NCBI GenBank assembly: GCA_028023455.1
Contig: JAQFVV010000004.1
Location: 20,150,001-20,214,000 of the forward strand
Direction: 5' to 3'
Length of the DNA stretch: 64,000 nt
From: Epiperipatus broadwayi
Taxonomy: Eukaryota; Animalia; Onychophora
The notes under the pieces are model-generated. The model had not been told where the DNA came from and made no database searches. It saw only the letters and a program-made list of their open reading frames with translations. This document shows, piece by piece, positions 1-14,685 of this stretch; the first letter of the stretch is position 1, and each line of letters starts with the position of its first letter. The translations under genes were made by a program, and so were the position numbers.

Positions 1-3000
1 ATTAATTATTGTGTTGCTGAAGGATCCATGTTTAGTTTTGCTTCCATCCTTTTTGCTTTTGAACGTGTTATCATTTATATATATAAAACTAAATGTTCTA
101 TCATTTTCTTCTTTTTTTGGTGACTATCCTTCTTGCAAATTCACAAACTTGAATATTTTTAATTTATATATTATCATTCAGTAAACACACACCTGTATCA
201 ACCCTTCATATACAATCTTCTCCAGAAAAATGTGATATATCTTTGCCTTGCTGTTTATTTATATTATTAATTATATATATTGATGTTTATTAAATATTAA
301 CTTGTCTACATAGAAACAACCTGCTGCTTTCATAAAATATTAGTACTTGTTTTTTTCAATCCAAACCATGCATTTTACTTACTTATAATATACCACAATA
401 TGCTACATTTATTGATGCTTTAATATCCGGTACATTACGTGACTATACATAAGTAAAGTTAAACATCAGAAAGAGGATCTACAAGCCACAAATTTGAATG
501 CACAAATATGAATTGTACAAGACTGAAATTTAACAGAATAAAGGGATGTTTATGCTCCAAAATGTTGGTTTTGTCAATTATGTAATAGTATTTTTGCCAT
601 AGGTAGATGGTAAATGTTTTTTTATATATTTATATGAAAAGTGAAAGATGGGTTTAAACCTGGATATCATATTATCACAGATATATAATAATCTATATTC
701 AAGATGTATACCATAAAGTTTTGGCTCAAATAAATAATAACTGAATGGTTAATAAAATTCAAATAAAAATTTTAATTAAAGTATATAATAATATTAACCA
801 ATGTGATGATAATGACATAATTTAAAATACAAATACTGCCTAAAGTTTTTTTTTTTTGTTTTTCAGTTTCAATAAGAAAAAACTCAAAGGCTCCAAACTT
901 TTTAATAAGAAAGTTTAGGAAAAGTTTTTAAAGGAACGATCATCATCAATTAATACTGCCATCCCAGCATGACCCCCAGTGGATTGCATAATTTTTTAGA
1001 GTTAATATTAACTACATATGTATGTAAAAAGCACATATTTAGATTGGGTTAAAAACACAAACATAGATTAATAAAAATTAAAAAAATTAACACAATTTCT
1101 TAAGAACTAGCCATACCCAGCCACATGTTGCTGGTTAAATGGAAAAGAAAGAAAAGAAAAAGTGCACGTTTCTAATATGTTTAATTTCACAATGCTTGTG
1201 GCTATATAATATTTTTTGTTGTTCCATTGTCTATGCAGATATAGAGATTGTCTGGTTTGCCAACTCTAGAACATGCAACATATAATTGTCCATATGAGAA
1301 GCAATCCATATGCAAATGCCAATCAAATTGGGAATTGCAATCTCTCACATGAAATAATTAAATCAAAATGAAAATAAATCAAAATCTATGAAAATTCAAT
1401 TTAATAATGCAATCAGAAACATTGAAATGGAATTGTAAAATATTTAGTATAGCGTGTGTTGCTTTTACATCCAATAGATAGCACTGTTTTTCAAAAAAAA
1501 AGCATGTTTTTACTGGAAACAGGTATATAATAGGAGGTATATATAAATAGTAGGTATATAAAAACACATGCATATTTGAAAGCAACATTGTGCCAAAATT
1601 TCAAAGCAATCGGTGGAGAACTTTTGGAGATTTAAGATTTTGAACAAACATTTACATTTTTATTTTTATATATTAATAAATGAAATGGTTGCATATATAG
1701 TCGCATTACTATCCACACATATACATAAAAATATTATAATAACAAAAAATATTTAAATTTAAGCTATGGTTCAAGTTTAAGGTCTTATTGTGTTTTATAA
1801 TGATAAGATTTTACCATGTTAAAATGTTATACGAGGTATACTATCTATAGGTCTTGAGTCATTTATACCTACCCATTTTTTTCTTTCTTTTTTATGAGCC
1901 GGTTTTTCAAACTTCAGTTCTGCTCCACTGCATTTTTCAGGCCTTTTGACTGCTGTGTTTTTTGGTTCTCTAACCACACATGTTAGGTGGATTTCTTCTA
2001 AACAAATTCATCATACTGACTGTTATAACTGGAGTATTGAAAAATATTTTAAAAACAGTCAGTGAAATTCAGCTTATGGTAGAATAACAATTAGTTTTAA
2101 TCAAAGGTTCTTTGCACTGCTTCAATAATAGAATGCATTCTAATGCAAATCAATATGGAATGAATTGCTGGGCTCATAGAATTAAAATGATAGTAATAAG
2201 AATGCCTAGTTGCTTGTTTTTAACCTATTTATACCTATTTCATGTTGTTCAAACAATGTTTTTATATAACATACATCACCAGCTAAGAAAAATATGACTT
2301 TTGCATCATTATAACAACATATTTTTTTTTAAAAAAAACACATCTTTACAATCTTCAAAACATGTGGATGACAAATTTTACTACATTATATTCTGATTTT
2401 TATATATTTTCTCTTTATTTACATTTCTGACATAGGAAGAAGAAAAATTCACTGCCTTATATTTTTAATTGCACCTTCTAAAATATTATTAGTTCTAAAA
2501 TTTGAATATTAAATTCAAATTCACCATATGATTTTATAGTGAAATGGATAAACTGTTTGATTGCAACTTCTATTTTAAAGATAGATTAAATGAGGGTTGA
2601 ATTTAGATTTTTTTCCCTAAACTAGCACCTATTGAACATTTTTCTTTCTTCCTTTACAGTATTATTATCATTCCCCTATTTCTCATATATTACAAAATAA
2701 TACCTAATAATCTTTAATAATGTGCAAGAATTAATTTTTCTTTTAATCTTTAGACAGTTTACAGCTTTATTTCTTAAGTGAACGCACAGACACGTAAATG
2801 ACAGTTTTGTATATCTATTATATTAGTTCAAAACACTTTTTTCCTGCTCTGTAGCATAACCATTGTTATGGCTACAATATATATGCTTACACATATATGT
2901 GATATAATAAATCAACGAACTTGCAAAAATAATAAGAGCTCTATTATTAATTTAGATTTACTGGTTTTCGTTTTAAAAATATATTTTAATACATCTTTTA

Positions 3001-3045
3001 TACATATAGGACACGTTTTATATATATAACATAGATAGGCTTCTT

Positions 3046-3155
3046 TTTTTTTTCCATATGTCATAGCATCGGCCGGGACGCGAACCCACAATCGTCTGCA
3101 ACCAACTACTTGCTTGCATGGCGGCTGCGATACATCTCGGCTAACAATGCAAGAC
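3046..3155 (-). mobile_element. tRNA-derived SINE, TGC-loop subfamily, poly(A) tail, 14 bp TSD
   Basis: A box TTAGCCGAGATG, B box GGTTCGCGTCCC, tail TATGACATATGG(A)n; TSD tagataggcttctt at 3032-3045 and 3156-3169. Confidence 0.88.
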
Positions 3156-3228
3156 TAGATAGGCTTCTTGTGATAAAAAAGATAATATCATCTATATAAA
3201 AGAAGTAATAATAATTAATTTTACTTAC

Positions 3229-3383
3229 GTGACAGTTTTGTCGGAACTAATTGACTCTAATGAGGTAGGATCATTTTTGAGCAGTTTGTCTAAAGCTAAG
3301 GCGTACACCCATACAGCGTCATACGCATAGCTTGCATAGGCATTGTAGGGGATATCGTGTTTATGGTGAGACATCTTTAAACC
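3229..3383 (-). CDS. Next internal exon of the same receptor gene (155 nt, phase 0/2)
   Basis: ttgcag acceptor and GTAAGT donor; translates GLKMSHHKHDIPYNAYASYAYDAVWVYALALDKLLKNDPTSLESISSDKTV; YAYDAVW..ALALDKL is typical of GABA-B/ANF-receptor domains; joins the 47439-47696 exon in frame. Too short for the ORF track. Confidence 0.88.
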
Positions 3384-4559
3384 CTGCAATTAAATAACAA
3401 TAACATTAGAATAAGAGAAATTATTATTTTTTAAAATAAAAAATACAATGCAGTTGGTATTTTTAAGATAAAGATTGTAATCCTAAATCAAAAGAATTCT
3501 CAAAATTTTAACTCTGAAACTTATATTTGGAAAAATATAGATTGCATGTATTTTAGAATTAACATTATATCTCTCAATTTATTCTATACTAGAAAACATT
3601 ATATCTCAGAAAACTGAATGAATATGGTGGATTATGGTTTTTTTATTATCAACTTTTTATATCTATTTTCTTATAAAATGATGAAACTAAAATACTTAAT
3701 TATAAAGTATATAAATGCTTTTAAACAACTAAACAGTGCTATATAATATTGTGTAATGATAAACTTTGGCATACAAGATTTCTAAATTGTGGTTCCCAGT
3801 GTTATCTCCAGTGTCTGAATTTCTTATAAACCTGAATAATAAACCATTTGATTTGTCTTGCATGGTTTGATGCATTTATAAAATAGTAGACTTTAGAACT
3901 CAAAGTCTATGGACCATAGCCCAATTATCTCTTTGAATGCTTAAACTTCTTATGAACTCACAAGGAATATATCATTCGATTATTAATAGTCATACAGCAC
4001 TGTATTAAAAATTATATAGCTACAAATATGTGTGTGTTTTAAATAATATATTGTATATATGTTAATTTTATAATATTTTATTCGAGTTGTACAATTTATT
4101 ATTAAGATAAGAGAGGTGATTTCAAAAGCTAAACATTTCCGATATAATTCCCACTTGAGGCAAATAAAAGATATCGGTTTGATCAATTGTATGATGATGG
4201 TTATGATTAGTTCACCATCTTAGTACTCAAATATGTCAACTTGATTTATTCAAGTACAAATTGCTATTATTTTATAAATTTATAAATTGTTACCATTATT
4301 TCTGCCCCCCAATAATTTCGCATCACACAAAAAGTTGCTTAATGTATGAAAACCTTTAGTAGTTTTGATTTATACATATTTTATTTTCAAAAGAAAATAA
4401 TTAGGTAATTTATTAATATATCACAATCTTATTATGTCATATATTATATGATACAGAAATTTAAAACAAATGACAAAGAATTTTAATAATTTTCTGGATA
4501 ATGATACAAAAATTTAACAGACAGCCTTACTAATATCAACCCTATCTTTTCATTTTGAT

Positions 4560-5000
4560 TTAGACAAACTTAATAAAGTTATAATAGCTTTTTGTAATCT
4601 TAAAAATAGAAAACATACAAGGCCTGATAAGTTGCCTAGAGAAGTTTTAAAATGTGATAATTATATATTAGCTTACAAACCATATAATTATTTAGGAATG
4701 TATGAATTCAGAAAATTATGCCATCTGATCTTATGGGTGCTTTTACTATTTCAATTTTAGAAATTTGAAATATTATAGAATATAATTGTACTTCTTAAGA
4801 TTTTGTTAAATAGATTTCTATCAATCATAGATGTATGATTATCAGAGACGCTACATAGTTTAATAGAACAAGATATAAAATTTTAAAACCAAATGATGCA
4901 GTTTTATACTGCTTTTATTGATTCATTTAAGAAATTAAACTAAATTAATTAAAAAATTTGTGGTATTGTTTAAAATTAGCTGATAATCTAGCTTCTATAG
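4560..5000 (+). mobile_element. LINE RT remnant
   Basis: LKNRKHTRPDKLPREVLK (K.PGPD motif). Confidence 0.5.
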
Positions 5001-6569
5001 TATTTACTGAGAGGAAATCATTATACTAATATTTGAAATAAATTTGGATTTTTAAAATTAACTAAATTAGCTTTATAATACTTACTAAAAGAAATACATT
5101 ATATACATATTCCAAATTAACCCCACTGAAAAATACCATTACTACTGACATATTTGAAATTAATATTGTTTTAAATAATTGTCTATTAGGTCCATCATTA
5201 TTTTGTATTTTTATAGTAATAATTTTTGAAATAGTTTATAAATGATTTCATGAAGCAGGTTTCAAGATGTGGTAGATGTTTGCTGATGGAGTTTTTAATT
5301 TAAAAATTAAAATTTAATCTAAATGAATTAAAAGTAAAATCAAGAACTTCATCTTTTTGGCTTCTAGATTTAAATAACTACCCAAAAATCTTTTTTAACT
5401 TAACACTTTTTTTTTAAAATATAAAACTTTATTCAATTCTCTTATTATATATATACACAGTATATATATAAAACATCATTTTCTCTAAAAATCTTCAAAT
5501 TTATTATTTCTGAAATAATAAAAATTTACATAAAAATTTACAACATTACTTTTCATCACTCAACATTTCAACCATTTTAGTCTTATTCATGATTCAATAA
5601 TATAATTTTAATACAAATGTATTAATATATTTTTGAAAATTGAAAAAAGATTTATATTATATCTTACTTACATGCTTAAAAATTAATTCATTTACAAATA
5701 TAATTATCTATAAAAATTTTATAAATGCATAATTATGGTTTTAAATTTGGAGATTTCTTTTTAAAAATGGTAATCTTGAATATTATTTTAAAACTCGATT
5801 TATAATGTGCCAATAATTGTCAATCTTACAAAATCAAAAGATGGTGTAGAAGATGTTTCAAATGCAATCTATAGAAATTTTAATGATTAATGTTAAAAAA
5901 ATTCAAATTATTTATCAGCTAATGATGGGAAAAAAATCTTCACCAATTTTTAGTTTATATGATAGTTAACTTAAAGAATGATACTTGATACCTTTTTGAA
6001 TAGAAAGTTGAATTTGGATATGAAAATGTTGCTTCATTTTACTAGGTAAAAAATAGTATATTTCATCAAAATAATATATATGCATTTGTGTAAGACTTAA
6101 ATTTTGCCCAAAGTAAATGATTAATGGACTTTCTATAGGCATAATATGAAGTCATAGTTACGATGAGATAAGTGGATATCAACTTTTTCACTATCAATCA
6201 TAAGCTACCAAAAGGATATCTATTGAGAGTATTAAAAACAACTAGCAGTGCTTTATGTATCCAATAGTTGTCTACCAAAAATCTAGAAATTGATAAATCT
6301 CTGGATTATGCTAAAAAAGAAAATGGATAGAGATTTTGGAAATAAAACTTTGTGATATCCAGTTGAAAGGCTGACCACTGGTACCGAAATTTGTTGGTTG
6401 AAAAGTACTCCTAAAAAGCTATCACTGTCAAGAAAATTTTCAGTTTTACATAGCAGATTTCTAATCTTAAGATTTATAGAATTATAAAAGCATCAATAGA
6501 GCAGAATTATTAGCTTTTACTGTCAAAACATTTTCTAATCTCAACTTAAGCAAACTAATAAAGAATGAT

Positions 6570-7260
6570 GAACTTGTCTTGAGTGTATAAAACCAGAATG
6601 GTTGGTAAAACTATTTAACAATCTTATTAATATGGAAGTTATTTTAAAATTTTGACTTGAAATCAAAACTATAGCTGTCTTAAAACCAAAGCAATCTAAT
6701 AAAAAAATATCACTCAATCTCATTATTTAGTGATGCTATAAGCTATTTAAAAAAATCATATTAATAAAAATTATTCCAATAGTTGAGAATTATCTATCTA
6801 TAGAACAGAATAGATTTAGACTAGGAAGAAGCTACTATGAACAAGTTTTATCTTTAGAGGCATACATCAAGAAGGGCTTCCAAAATAAATCAAAACCTGG
6901 TACTATTTTTATTGCTATAATCTCAGCTTATGTTTCTGTTTCAAGAAACAGTCTCCTAAAAGTCTTCAAAACACTAAAAAAATGCTCTGCAATAGAAAAA
7001 TTCAAGTGACACTGAATAAAAATCATCTTTTACAGGTGCAGTTCTATCACACTATCTTACTTAACATATTCACCAGTAATCTTTCAAAAATAGAAAGTAA
7101 GAAATTCATCAATACTGAAAATATTTCTGTAACTTCATAAAAAAAACTATTTCAAAAAAAATATAAAAATTTATTGATTAGGAGAAGAAAAGTTTAAAAA
7201 ATTCTTCTGAGACTAAACTACAATCCTATCACTTTCTGCTTAGGAATAGTCATGAGGTAT
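6570..7260 (+). mobile_element. Non-LTR retrotransposon RT remnant
   Basis: KTIAVLKPK...CYKLFKKIIL...EQNRFRLGRSYYEQVLSL..YI..GFQNK.KPGTIF..ISAY; LLNIFTSNL..SKKFINTENI (YADD-like). Confidence 0.78.
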
Positions 7261-7899
7261 GAATTAACTTATTTGTCTTATCTATCAAATTTACTGGATT
7301 CAAAATAATCTATAGAAATAACTTTTGTAGAAAGCTGTCTGAACTGTGATGCAAATTGTTTACAGGAAGTTTTTTTAACATTAAAATATCCTATTTGTGG
7401 ATACATTGCCTCTATTTGAAAAACAAAAAATAAAATACCCATGTGAAAAATATTACAGGTACATTTTAGTCTTCTTCTCATTCCCATATTTCTCTATCAA
7501 ATATTAAAAGGCAGGTTGCTTTACTGAAAATGTATAAAAATGCATTAAGTCAATAATACAAATTCAATACATAGTTTTATCACTCAAAACTCATTTTAAA
7601 TTAATATCACCTTTCTGAATGCTCAACCAAGATCCTTTCAAACAAATAAAAAATTATGATATAAAAATAATCTTTTTATGGAACTCTGAACATTTTTTCT
7701 TCTCAGATTTAACAGTAAAGCAAAATGATTTATTTTTTTATATTTAATATTTTAAAGATTTTCTCAAATATTAATATTGTCAAATATTAGTATTAGTATT
7801 GTCTTTAATTTAATTAATTAGAAGAGAAAGTAAAAGATATACGTTAACTATTTTAAAAAAGGAATTTAATAACTAGAATTAAAAAAATAAAAAATCAAG

Positions 7900-10140
7900 T
7901 AGAGAAAAGAGATTAATGATATACCATTAATCATTAAAACACTTTTAAAAAGCTGTTATAATGTTATATGCAAAGAAAAGAGACTGTGAGAATAGGAAAA
8001 ACTTCAAAACTACTCAGTAAGTTCATAATTAAATATTTTCAGGATGAGGAATTTGGGAAGTGAAAGTTATTCATTAGAGAACTTATTCATAAGAAAAGAG
8101 AATAGCAAATTAAAAAAATCAGTAGAATAAAAGATAGATTTAAAAACAGCAACAAAAAATTAGATAATATGATAATTGATATCTTAATAGGTAATGAGAA
8201 GATATACAAGTTTAGTTTAAAAGAAAGCTTTAATAAAATTGTAGATAATAATATAATTCCAGATGAAATGAAAGATATGAGAATTAAATTATTATATATA
8301 AAAGATTTTAGTTGAAAATTTATAAATCAATAGCAACAATTTTTATACTTTATAAAATATTTATATAAATATTGATTAATAGGATTAAAACTTAGATGAA
8401 AAATATAAAATCTTGGTGAAATTCAAAGGGATTTTTTTTTTCCTGAGAGATGGATAGAGAATTTATTCGTTGATAATCAATTGACTGAAGGTCTTAAGGG
8501 AAAATAAGTCATTATTTATAATATTTTAAATAGACAAAAAGGCTTTTAACAGATTGATTAAGAAAAGATTGTAACAAAAAATATTAAAAATATAGAAGAA
8601 CTTTAGGTTGATAATAATGATTAAGTATCCTGATATGGATAATTTTTATAACTTATTGGATCCAAGAAGTAGAATCAATGGGAGTTAAAAATAGAATTGG
8701 GTTGAAACACATATGATCCTTATATATATAATTTTTATAACTTAGTGGATCCAAGAAATAGAATCAGTGGGAGTTAAAGGTAAAATAGGGTTGAAACAAA
8801 TATAATCATTATGTCCTTTATTTTGTTTTTAAAAGAATTGGAAAGTCTGAGGATAAGGGTGAAAATTCTCATTATGGGTACAAGGGAGTTCATATAATAG
8901 TTCTCTTTTTTTGCCAATGATATGGCATTTTTTGTCAGTATAATAGTATAAAAGAATTGAAACTGTTATTGGAGAAATATGAGGAGATAAAAAGAGGTAT
9001 AAAAAGTAAATACAATGAGGACAAATCAAGAACACTATTATTTAATGAGAATAATGAAACTGAAGGATATAAAGGGGCAGATAGCTATAATGAAAATGTG
9101 AAGAAGTGTAAATATTCAGATACTTTGTTAATTAAAAAATAGATTAAATACGTGACTGTGAATTTTACAATTGCAGTGAAATAGAATAGATTAAATGTTT
9201 CATAATAGATGTGAAATATTTAGAATAATTTGGAAAAGAGTGGTGGTATAATAGTGCTTTGTAGTGGCCATGGAAGTCAAATTGAAAATCAGACAGGTAG
9301 ATATACATTTGATGAGAAATTGTCAACAGCAATTAAAACTAATCAAGAGAATGAAAGAAATTAAAAGTAACTTAAAAATGTTTAAAAAGTTGCAATATAT
9401 TACTGCTAATAGTTTTATACAAATAGTATTTAATTGGATTATATATAAAGGCCAACAAACATATTGGACAAGAACAGTTTTATAATATGCAAATCTAATA
9501 TAGAGATAATTTATTTATACATATTTATGTTACAATATAAGTGGGTAAAAAATGTATTTCACATATATAATTTTGAGAAGAGGGAACATAAGTTGGTTAA
9601 AAACGCAGTTATAAAAAATGAATATGGTTCTGTATTATTTATTGCAATGGTGGTATAATAGATTTTAGCGTTCAAGAACCACAATCATAGCTCAATTTCA
9701 ATTACTTTTAGTGCTCAAACTTATGAATTTTTTAGATGATCAAAGTTATGAATTCCTGAGCATGTGATTATTTTTTTAAATGAATAAAAATAATTTGCAA
9801 CTGTATAAGAATAAAAAAAAAAGGTTGTATGATAACATTAAAAGATGCTTATTTTATGAGCTTTATTTAGATACCTGGGAAAGAAATCAAAAATAGAATA
9901 TGAATTTTGAATTCTAAATGTGAATTATATGAATATGGAAGGGAGAGTGTTGAACATTTGTAGTATTCTGAAATGGAATTTGGACGAAATGTATAGGAAA
10001 AGTCAGAAACATAAACTGAAGGGAGCAAAAAAGGTAGATATATATTTTTTTAGTTTATGAGACAATATATTGGAACAACTTTCATTAAAATAGAATAAAA
10101 ATAAGTATCTCTGTGCTAAAAATAGATGTGGAGATCATAG
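7900..10140 (+). mobile_element. Decayed LINE (RT plus C-terminal cysteine region) with an internal 89 bp duplication at 8639-8812
   Basis: GVK..IGLKQ...LCPL and FFANDMAF motifs; C..Y..GRESVEHL near 9925-9960; purine-rich plus strand. Confidence 0.55.
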
Positions 10141-10599
10141 GTTGTAAGAAGATAATAAGAGGATAGAAGTAGATAGATTTTTAATAATATATATATGTAT
10201 AACGTATCTATCTTGGCTTGATCTCAATGTCTATGCTCAATAACGTCAGACTTCATCTAAGCAGCTATTTTTCATCACACCAGCAAGTTTCATGTGATGC
10301 TTATATATATATTTTTGCATTGTGTAGTTATTTTATCAAAAAAAAACAAAAAACAAATAAATTCATTGAAAATATATATGTACGCCACTTAAGACATAAT
10401 GAACAATAATAAAATACAAACATTTATAAAATAATACTTTTTAAAAGTTTAATGAATTGTAATATTTTAATGATTTTTGGGGGAAAAATCACTATTTACT
10501 TTCTTTTAGTAATATTTAACTAACTATAAATATTAAATTCGATTATTTTACAAAAATTATATTTCGTAGATTCAGTTCTTTTAATTATAGATATAATAA

Positions 10600-10730
10600 A
10601 CACCTCCATATTTCACTTGCCCCCCAAGATGCATTTCGTGCTGAACCAGCACTCATAATTGTTTGATTAATAATTTGCCTATAAATATCTGGGTGCATTA
10701 TAAATTACTTGTTATTTGTTCAAGAAATTT
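10600..10730 (-). mobile_element. Family E fragment with a hammerhead remnant (10620-10661)
   Basis: Minus strand GUGCUG-GUU-CAGCAC GAAA UGCA UC UUGGGG with perfect stem II; CUGAUGA box mutated to UUAUGA. Confidence 0.6.
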
Positions 10731-11199
10731 AATTTTATTTATGCATTAAAAATGATTTACAATTAAGATCTATTTACAAAAGATCAAGCGTGATAGACTG
10801 GCGGACTCTGGAGTCCAAAGCCCGTATATTGCGATTCTTGCTCAGTCATTGCAGTTGCTCGAAGTTCTAAACTTTCAAGCAATAAACCATTAGAGTATTT
10901 ATTTATTGTTAAAATAGGCTTAGGAGTTAATAAGAAACATTTTTATAGTATATTTGTTTCTATGGTGTTAGAATTGTGTTAACTTTTCATTTAGAGATTT
11001 TATATATCTTTAAATAACAACAATCAGGCTTGTGTTTAGAAATAAAGTGAATGAATATAATTGTGCATTATTTTTAACTAACATATATACATACATATAC
11101 AATGAACAAGAAAACAAATATATAAAAGAGAGAATACATAGCTGATTTTCTAACTTGGATAGACAATGATGTTGTGTCAACATACAGAGGTTAACATAT

Positions 11200-12200
11200 A
11201 TGAAATGATAAGCACACTTATATGTAGTTTGATTTCAGCCTTCAAGAAAACCAACATAGTTCTCTATATTAAATATGTAAATAAACTGTGCATACATATG
11301 CTACATAGATGATGTCTTTATATGCACACCACAAGATATTATCAACCAAATGTCCAGTGAATTAAACACAAATTCAAGTTTAAGTTGGACCATTGAAATG
11401 AAATTCAATACCTAGTTTAAAACTAAAACAAAATCACAATACTATACATTATAAAATGACTATTAAATCTCCAACAAACAGAGGATGCATCAACATAAAA
11501 TCACAAGTTTTGTATATCACATAAATTTGCGGGATTAAAAACCTGCTTGTACTGCAACAATTACTTATGTCAATTTGAATCTGATAAAACCAAGAATATA
11601 GAGACTTATGTTTCTGATTTGATAAAATCTGGATAGAATATAACACACATACATAAAACAATTAAAAAGAAATATCCCTCACAAAACAGCAAACACAAAT
11701 AATAATAAAAACTGGATCATTCCATCACATTTACCACAAGCAGTAAATAAAATCACAAAGTTATGCTCTGACAAATTTAATGTAGTTTTTAGAATGCCCA
11801 TCAATCTTAACAAATTCATTAATACTACAAAGGGCAAAATTCAGAAACTGGATAGGCTTAATATTATAGTAAAACAAAGGCTAATTTAAAATAAGGATCA
11901 CACATCCCGCTTTGATGTATAAAATGCAAAAGCAAAATCTGATTCTACCAACACATCAGTTTTTTATAGCCATGAAAGGAAACATGGATACAGCTTTGTT
12001 CCAAGTATTATTAAAATAATATGTGAGAAAAGAAATGACAAGAAGCCCAAGATTAAGAAGGAGTAGTTCATTACCCAAAATAAACCGAAGATTGAACAGT
12101 ATTAAAATTAGTAAAAAGTGGGTCTTCCTTGCAGATTAACCATAAATATGATGCAAAAGCATCAAAAGTATACTCAGCTCAATTAATCCTATTAAATAAA
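11200..12200 (+). mobile_element. Possible heavily decayed Penelope-like remnant
   Basis: PSHLPQAVNKITKLCS at ~11720-11770 resembles the PLE thumb P.SQ..R..RiCS; otherwise weak. Confidence 0.25.
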
Positions 12201-12930
12201 AATATATATTTAAAGTATGTTTTTGGAACTTTATATTAGTATATACAAACATATTGATAATAAAGTAACATATCTGGGTTTGATAATTAATATTAAAAAA
12301 TTGTTACAATTTAAGTATTAAAATTTGGATAGTATTTATCATTGGGGTATATATTTATATATTATGTTAACTTCTCTGTCCAAAGAAAGTACAGTAATCA
12401 AGTGGTCATCATTAGTAGTAGTTTAGATACTGCTATTCACTCATTCCTTTAATTTAATTTGTTATAACATTTCAGTTTTTAGCATCTCAACTTTAATATG
12501 CTATTTGAATTATTAAAATGCTTAATGTATGCATAGATTAATTAGAATGAGATATTCCAGTTATAATGTAATTAAGCACACAACCAATATAAATGTAGAA
12601 TGCCAAATTGTGCCAAGTTATCCAGCATTAGTACAGTATTTGTCTGATCTATTTTTTTGTTTACAGAGTTAGATAAATAAAATACAGTTGCTGAATGACC
12701 TGTTTTCAGGTTGCTGCTTGCTTAATTATATCATAGCTAAACTCAAAATAAAAACTATTTTGAATATTTTTATATGATTTTTATAAGTTAAAATAAAAAT
12801 TTGTACTTTCTAAAAAAAGAAATTCGTTGTCTACTATGTATATATATAAATGATATAGTATCTGGCTTCCATGTATGATTCATAGCACTATGTACTGATA
12901 TTTCACTAACTATTAAATGAGCAATGAATA

Positions 12931-13340
12931 TTATAAATAGACTTTGTAAGAGATACTGAAAACATTGATGTGTAACAAGATTGAAAGTTCTACAAAAAGA
13001 GAATAAGTATAGAAAATTTTTAAAATATAAAGATGGGAATGAAATAATAATAAGAACAAAGAAACTAATCTGATTAAGGAGTTTTTAAAAAAATAATCAT
13101 TCCAAATAGAAGATAGTCTACTTATATAATCATATTTCTTGATGCAATATGGTATTTTAAAGATCTCCATGGCTTCTTTGATATTACTTTGATGGACTGT
13201 ATCATATCTGGGTAGGATCCTGATATTTGAGAAATCTATATTATGACACATATCCATAATACGGTCTGAACGTGCTGATGAATACTACTTAACTACATTA
13301 ATATGTTTGTCTCTCTTAGCATTGATGTAATGATTGCTTC
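12931..13340 (-). mobile_element. Penelope-like element remnant, GIY-YIG endonuclease C-terminus
   Basis: ORF 12931-13257 begins HNIDFSNIRIL...NIKEAMEI...RLSSIW, matching the PLE H.id...IL...R.ikEa.eI...n...Ls..W pattern. Confidence 0.75.
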
Positions 13341-13740
13341 TACTCACATAATAGATACTCTATATAAAATTTCAAAAATTCCATAGATCTCAAAAGGATT
13401 GAATCCTTAGGCTTGAACAAAATATCATTTTTTTTACTATTAGTGTATACTGTTTTTATATTATAGCATTTAAGAATATATTTAATTCTGAATGTGGTTC
13501 CTTTTATATTTTTAAAATTTTTTTTTACTTTTTTTTCTATTAGTGGAATATTTAATCTTGTTACACATCAATGCTTATAGTGCTTTTATGTTTTATATGG
13601 CATTCATTAGCCCAGTTGATGGTCAGTGTAATCCTGCTAAGATATTGATACATTAGTACTACGAATCATAACATGAGTGAACTCAGATAATACATTTCGC
13701 ATCTGTAGCCATGAACATCTTCATTTTAATATGTATTCTA

Positions 13741-14685
13741 AAGGACTGAACTCAGACTTTCAAGCTTCCTACAGCTATGCACTCCATCTTATATAACATA
13801 TACACGTGATTACATTCATGTAAAAAAGATAAATGATATCCAGTATATGTATGTGTTCTGAACCAGCACTCATCAGTTGGTACAGATCATCATCTCCTAT
13901 GCATATTACAATCAGTACTCTCTTTATATTAAGCTAGCAAATTTTCAAACTTTAATCGACAAGTTTCAATCTTCTCCATCCTCCAACTCTTCAGCCATGC
14001 ATATCATTGAAAATCTAATGATGGAAAACTCAAGGTCCTTGTTGATGCCAATTCCCCTCATATAAAGGATCTTAATATGTTCATTTAATTACAGAAGAGG
14101 GATGGGCAGAATACAGGTTAAATATATTATCAAGTATAAGTATATTGTGTATAGTAAATTTAATGTAATTATAAGGGATTTGAACTCAGACTTTCAATCT
14201 CCCCACAACTATGCACTCCATTTTATATAACTGATACACATGACCAAATATAGGTGAAAATGATAAATGAACTCCAAAATATATGAGGGTCAGACTGACT
14301 TAAAGTCAACATGGATACGATAATATTAGCATCAACAAGAGCTTTGAGTGTTCCACTATTGGATTTTAAATGATATGGCTGAAGAGTTGGAGGGAAGAAA
14401 ATATCGAAGCTTGTCCATTAAAGTTTGAAGATTTGCTGTCTTAATATAAACTGAGCACTGATTGTATATATGTGTAGGAGATAATGATCTGACCAACTGA
14501 TGAGTGCTGGTTCAACATAAAAACATATTGGAGATCATTTATTTATTTCATATGTATGTGATCATGTGTATCAGTTGTATAAGATGGACTACATAGCTGT
14601 TGGGAGCTTGAAAGTCTGAGTTCAAGTCCCTTATAATTACATTAAATGTAATATACACAATATACTTATATTTGAATATTATATA
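13741..14685. mobile_element. Family A hammerhead-containing array (two minus-sense units, period ~434, plus an inverted unit)
   Basis: tgaactcagactttcaa at 13747 and 14181, reverse copy ending ~14640; hammerhead-like cores at 13833-13890 (-) and 14484-14538 (+). Confidence 0.82.

Noticed and set aside
3046-3155. tRNA gene calls for this and the four related elements
   Set aside because: Poly(A) tails, TSDs, non-canonical arms and dispersed copies indicate SINEs
8639-8812. 89 bp tandem duplication
   Set aside because: Local duplication inside a dead LINE RT; no independent significance
13274-13300. CTGATGA on the plus strand (likewise at ~59666 + and ~21241 -)
   Set aside because: No downstream stem II/GAAA; chance matches
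14375-14420. CTGAAGA...GAA motif in family A as a second ribozyme
   Set aside because: No stem II complementarity and GAAA not conserved among copies
13741-14685. CRISPR or foldback DNA-transposon interpretation of the arrays
   Set aside because: No repeat-spacer pattern; hammerheads and tandem units fit retrozyme/PLE biology better than a TIR transposon
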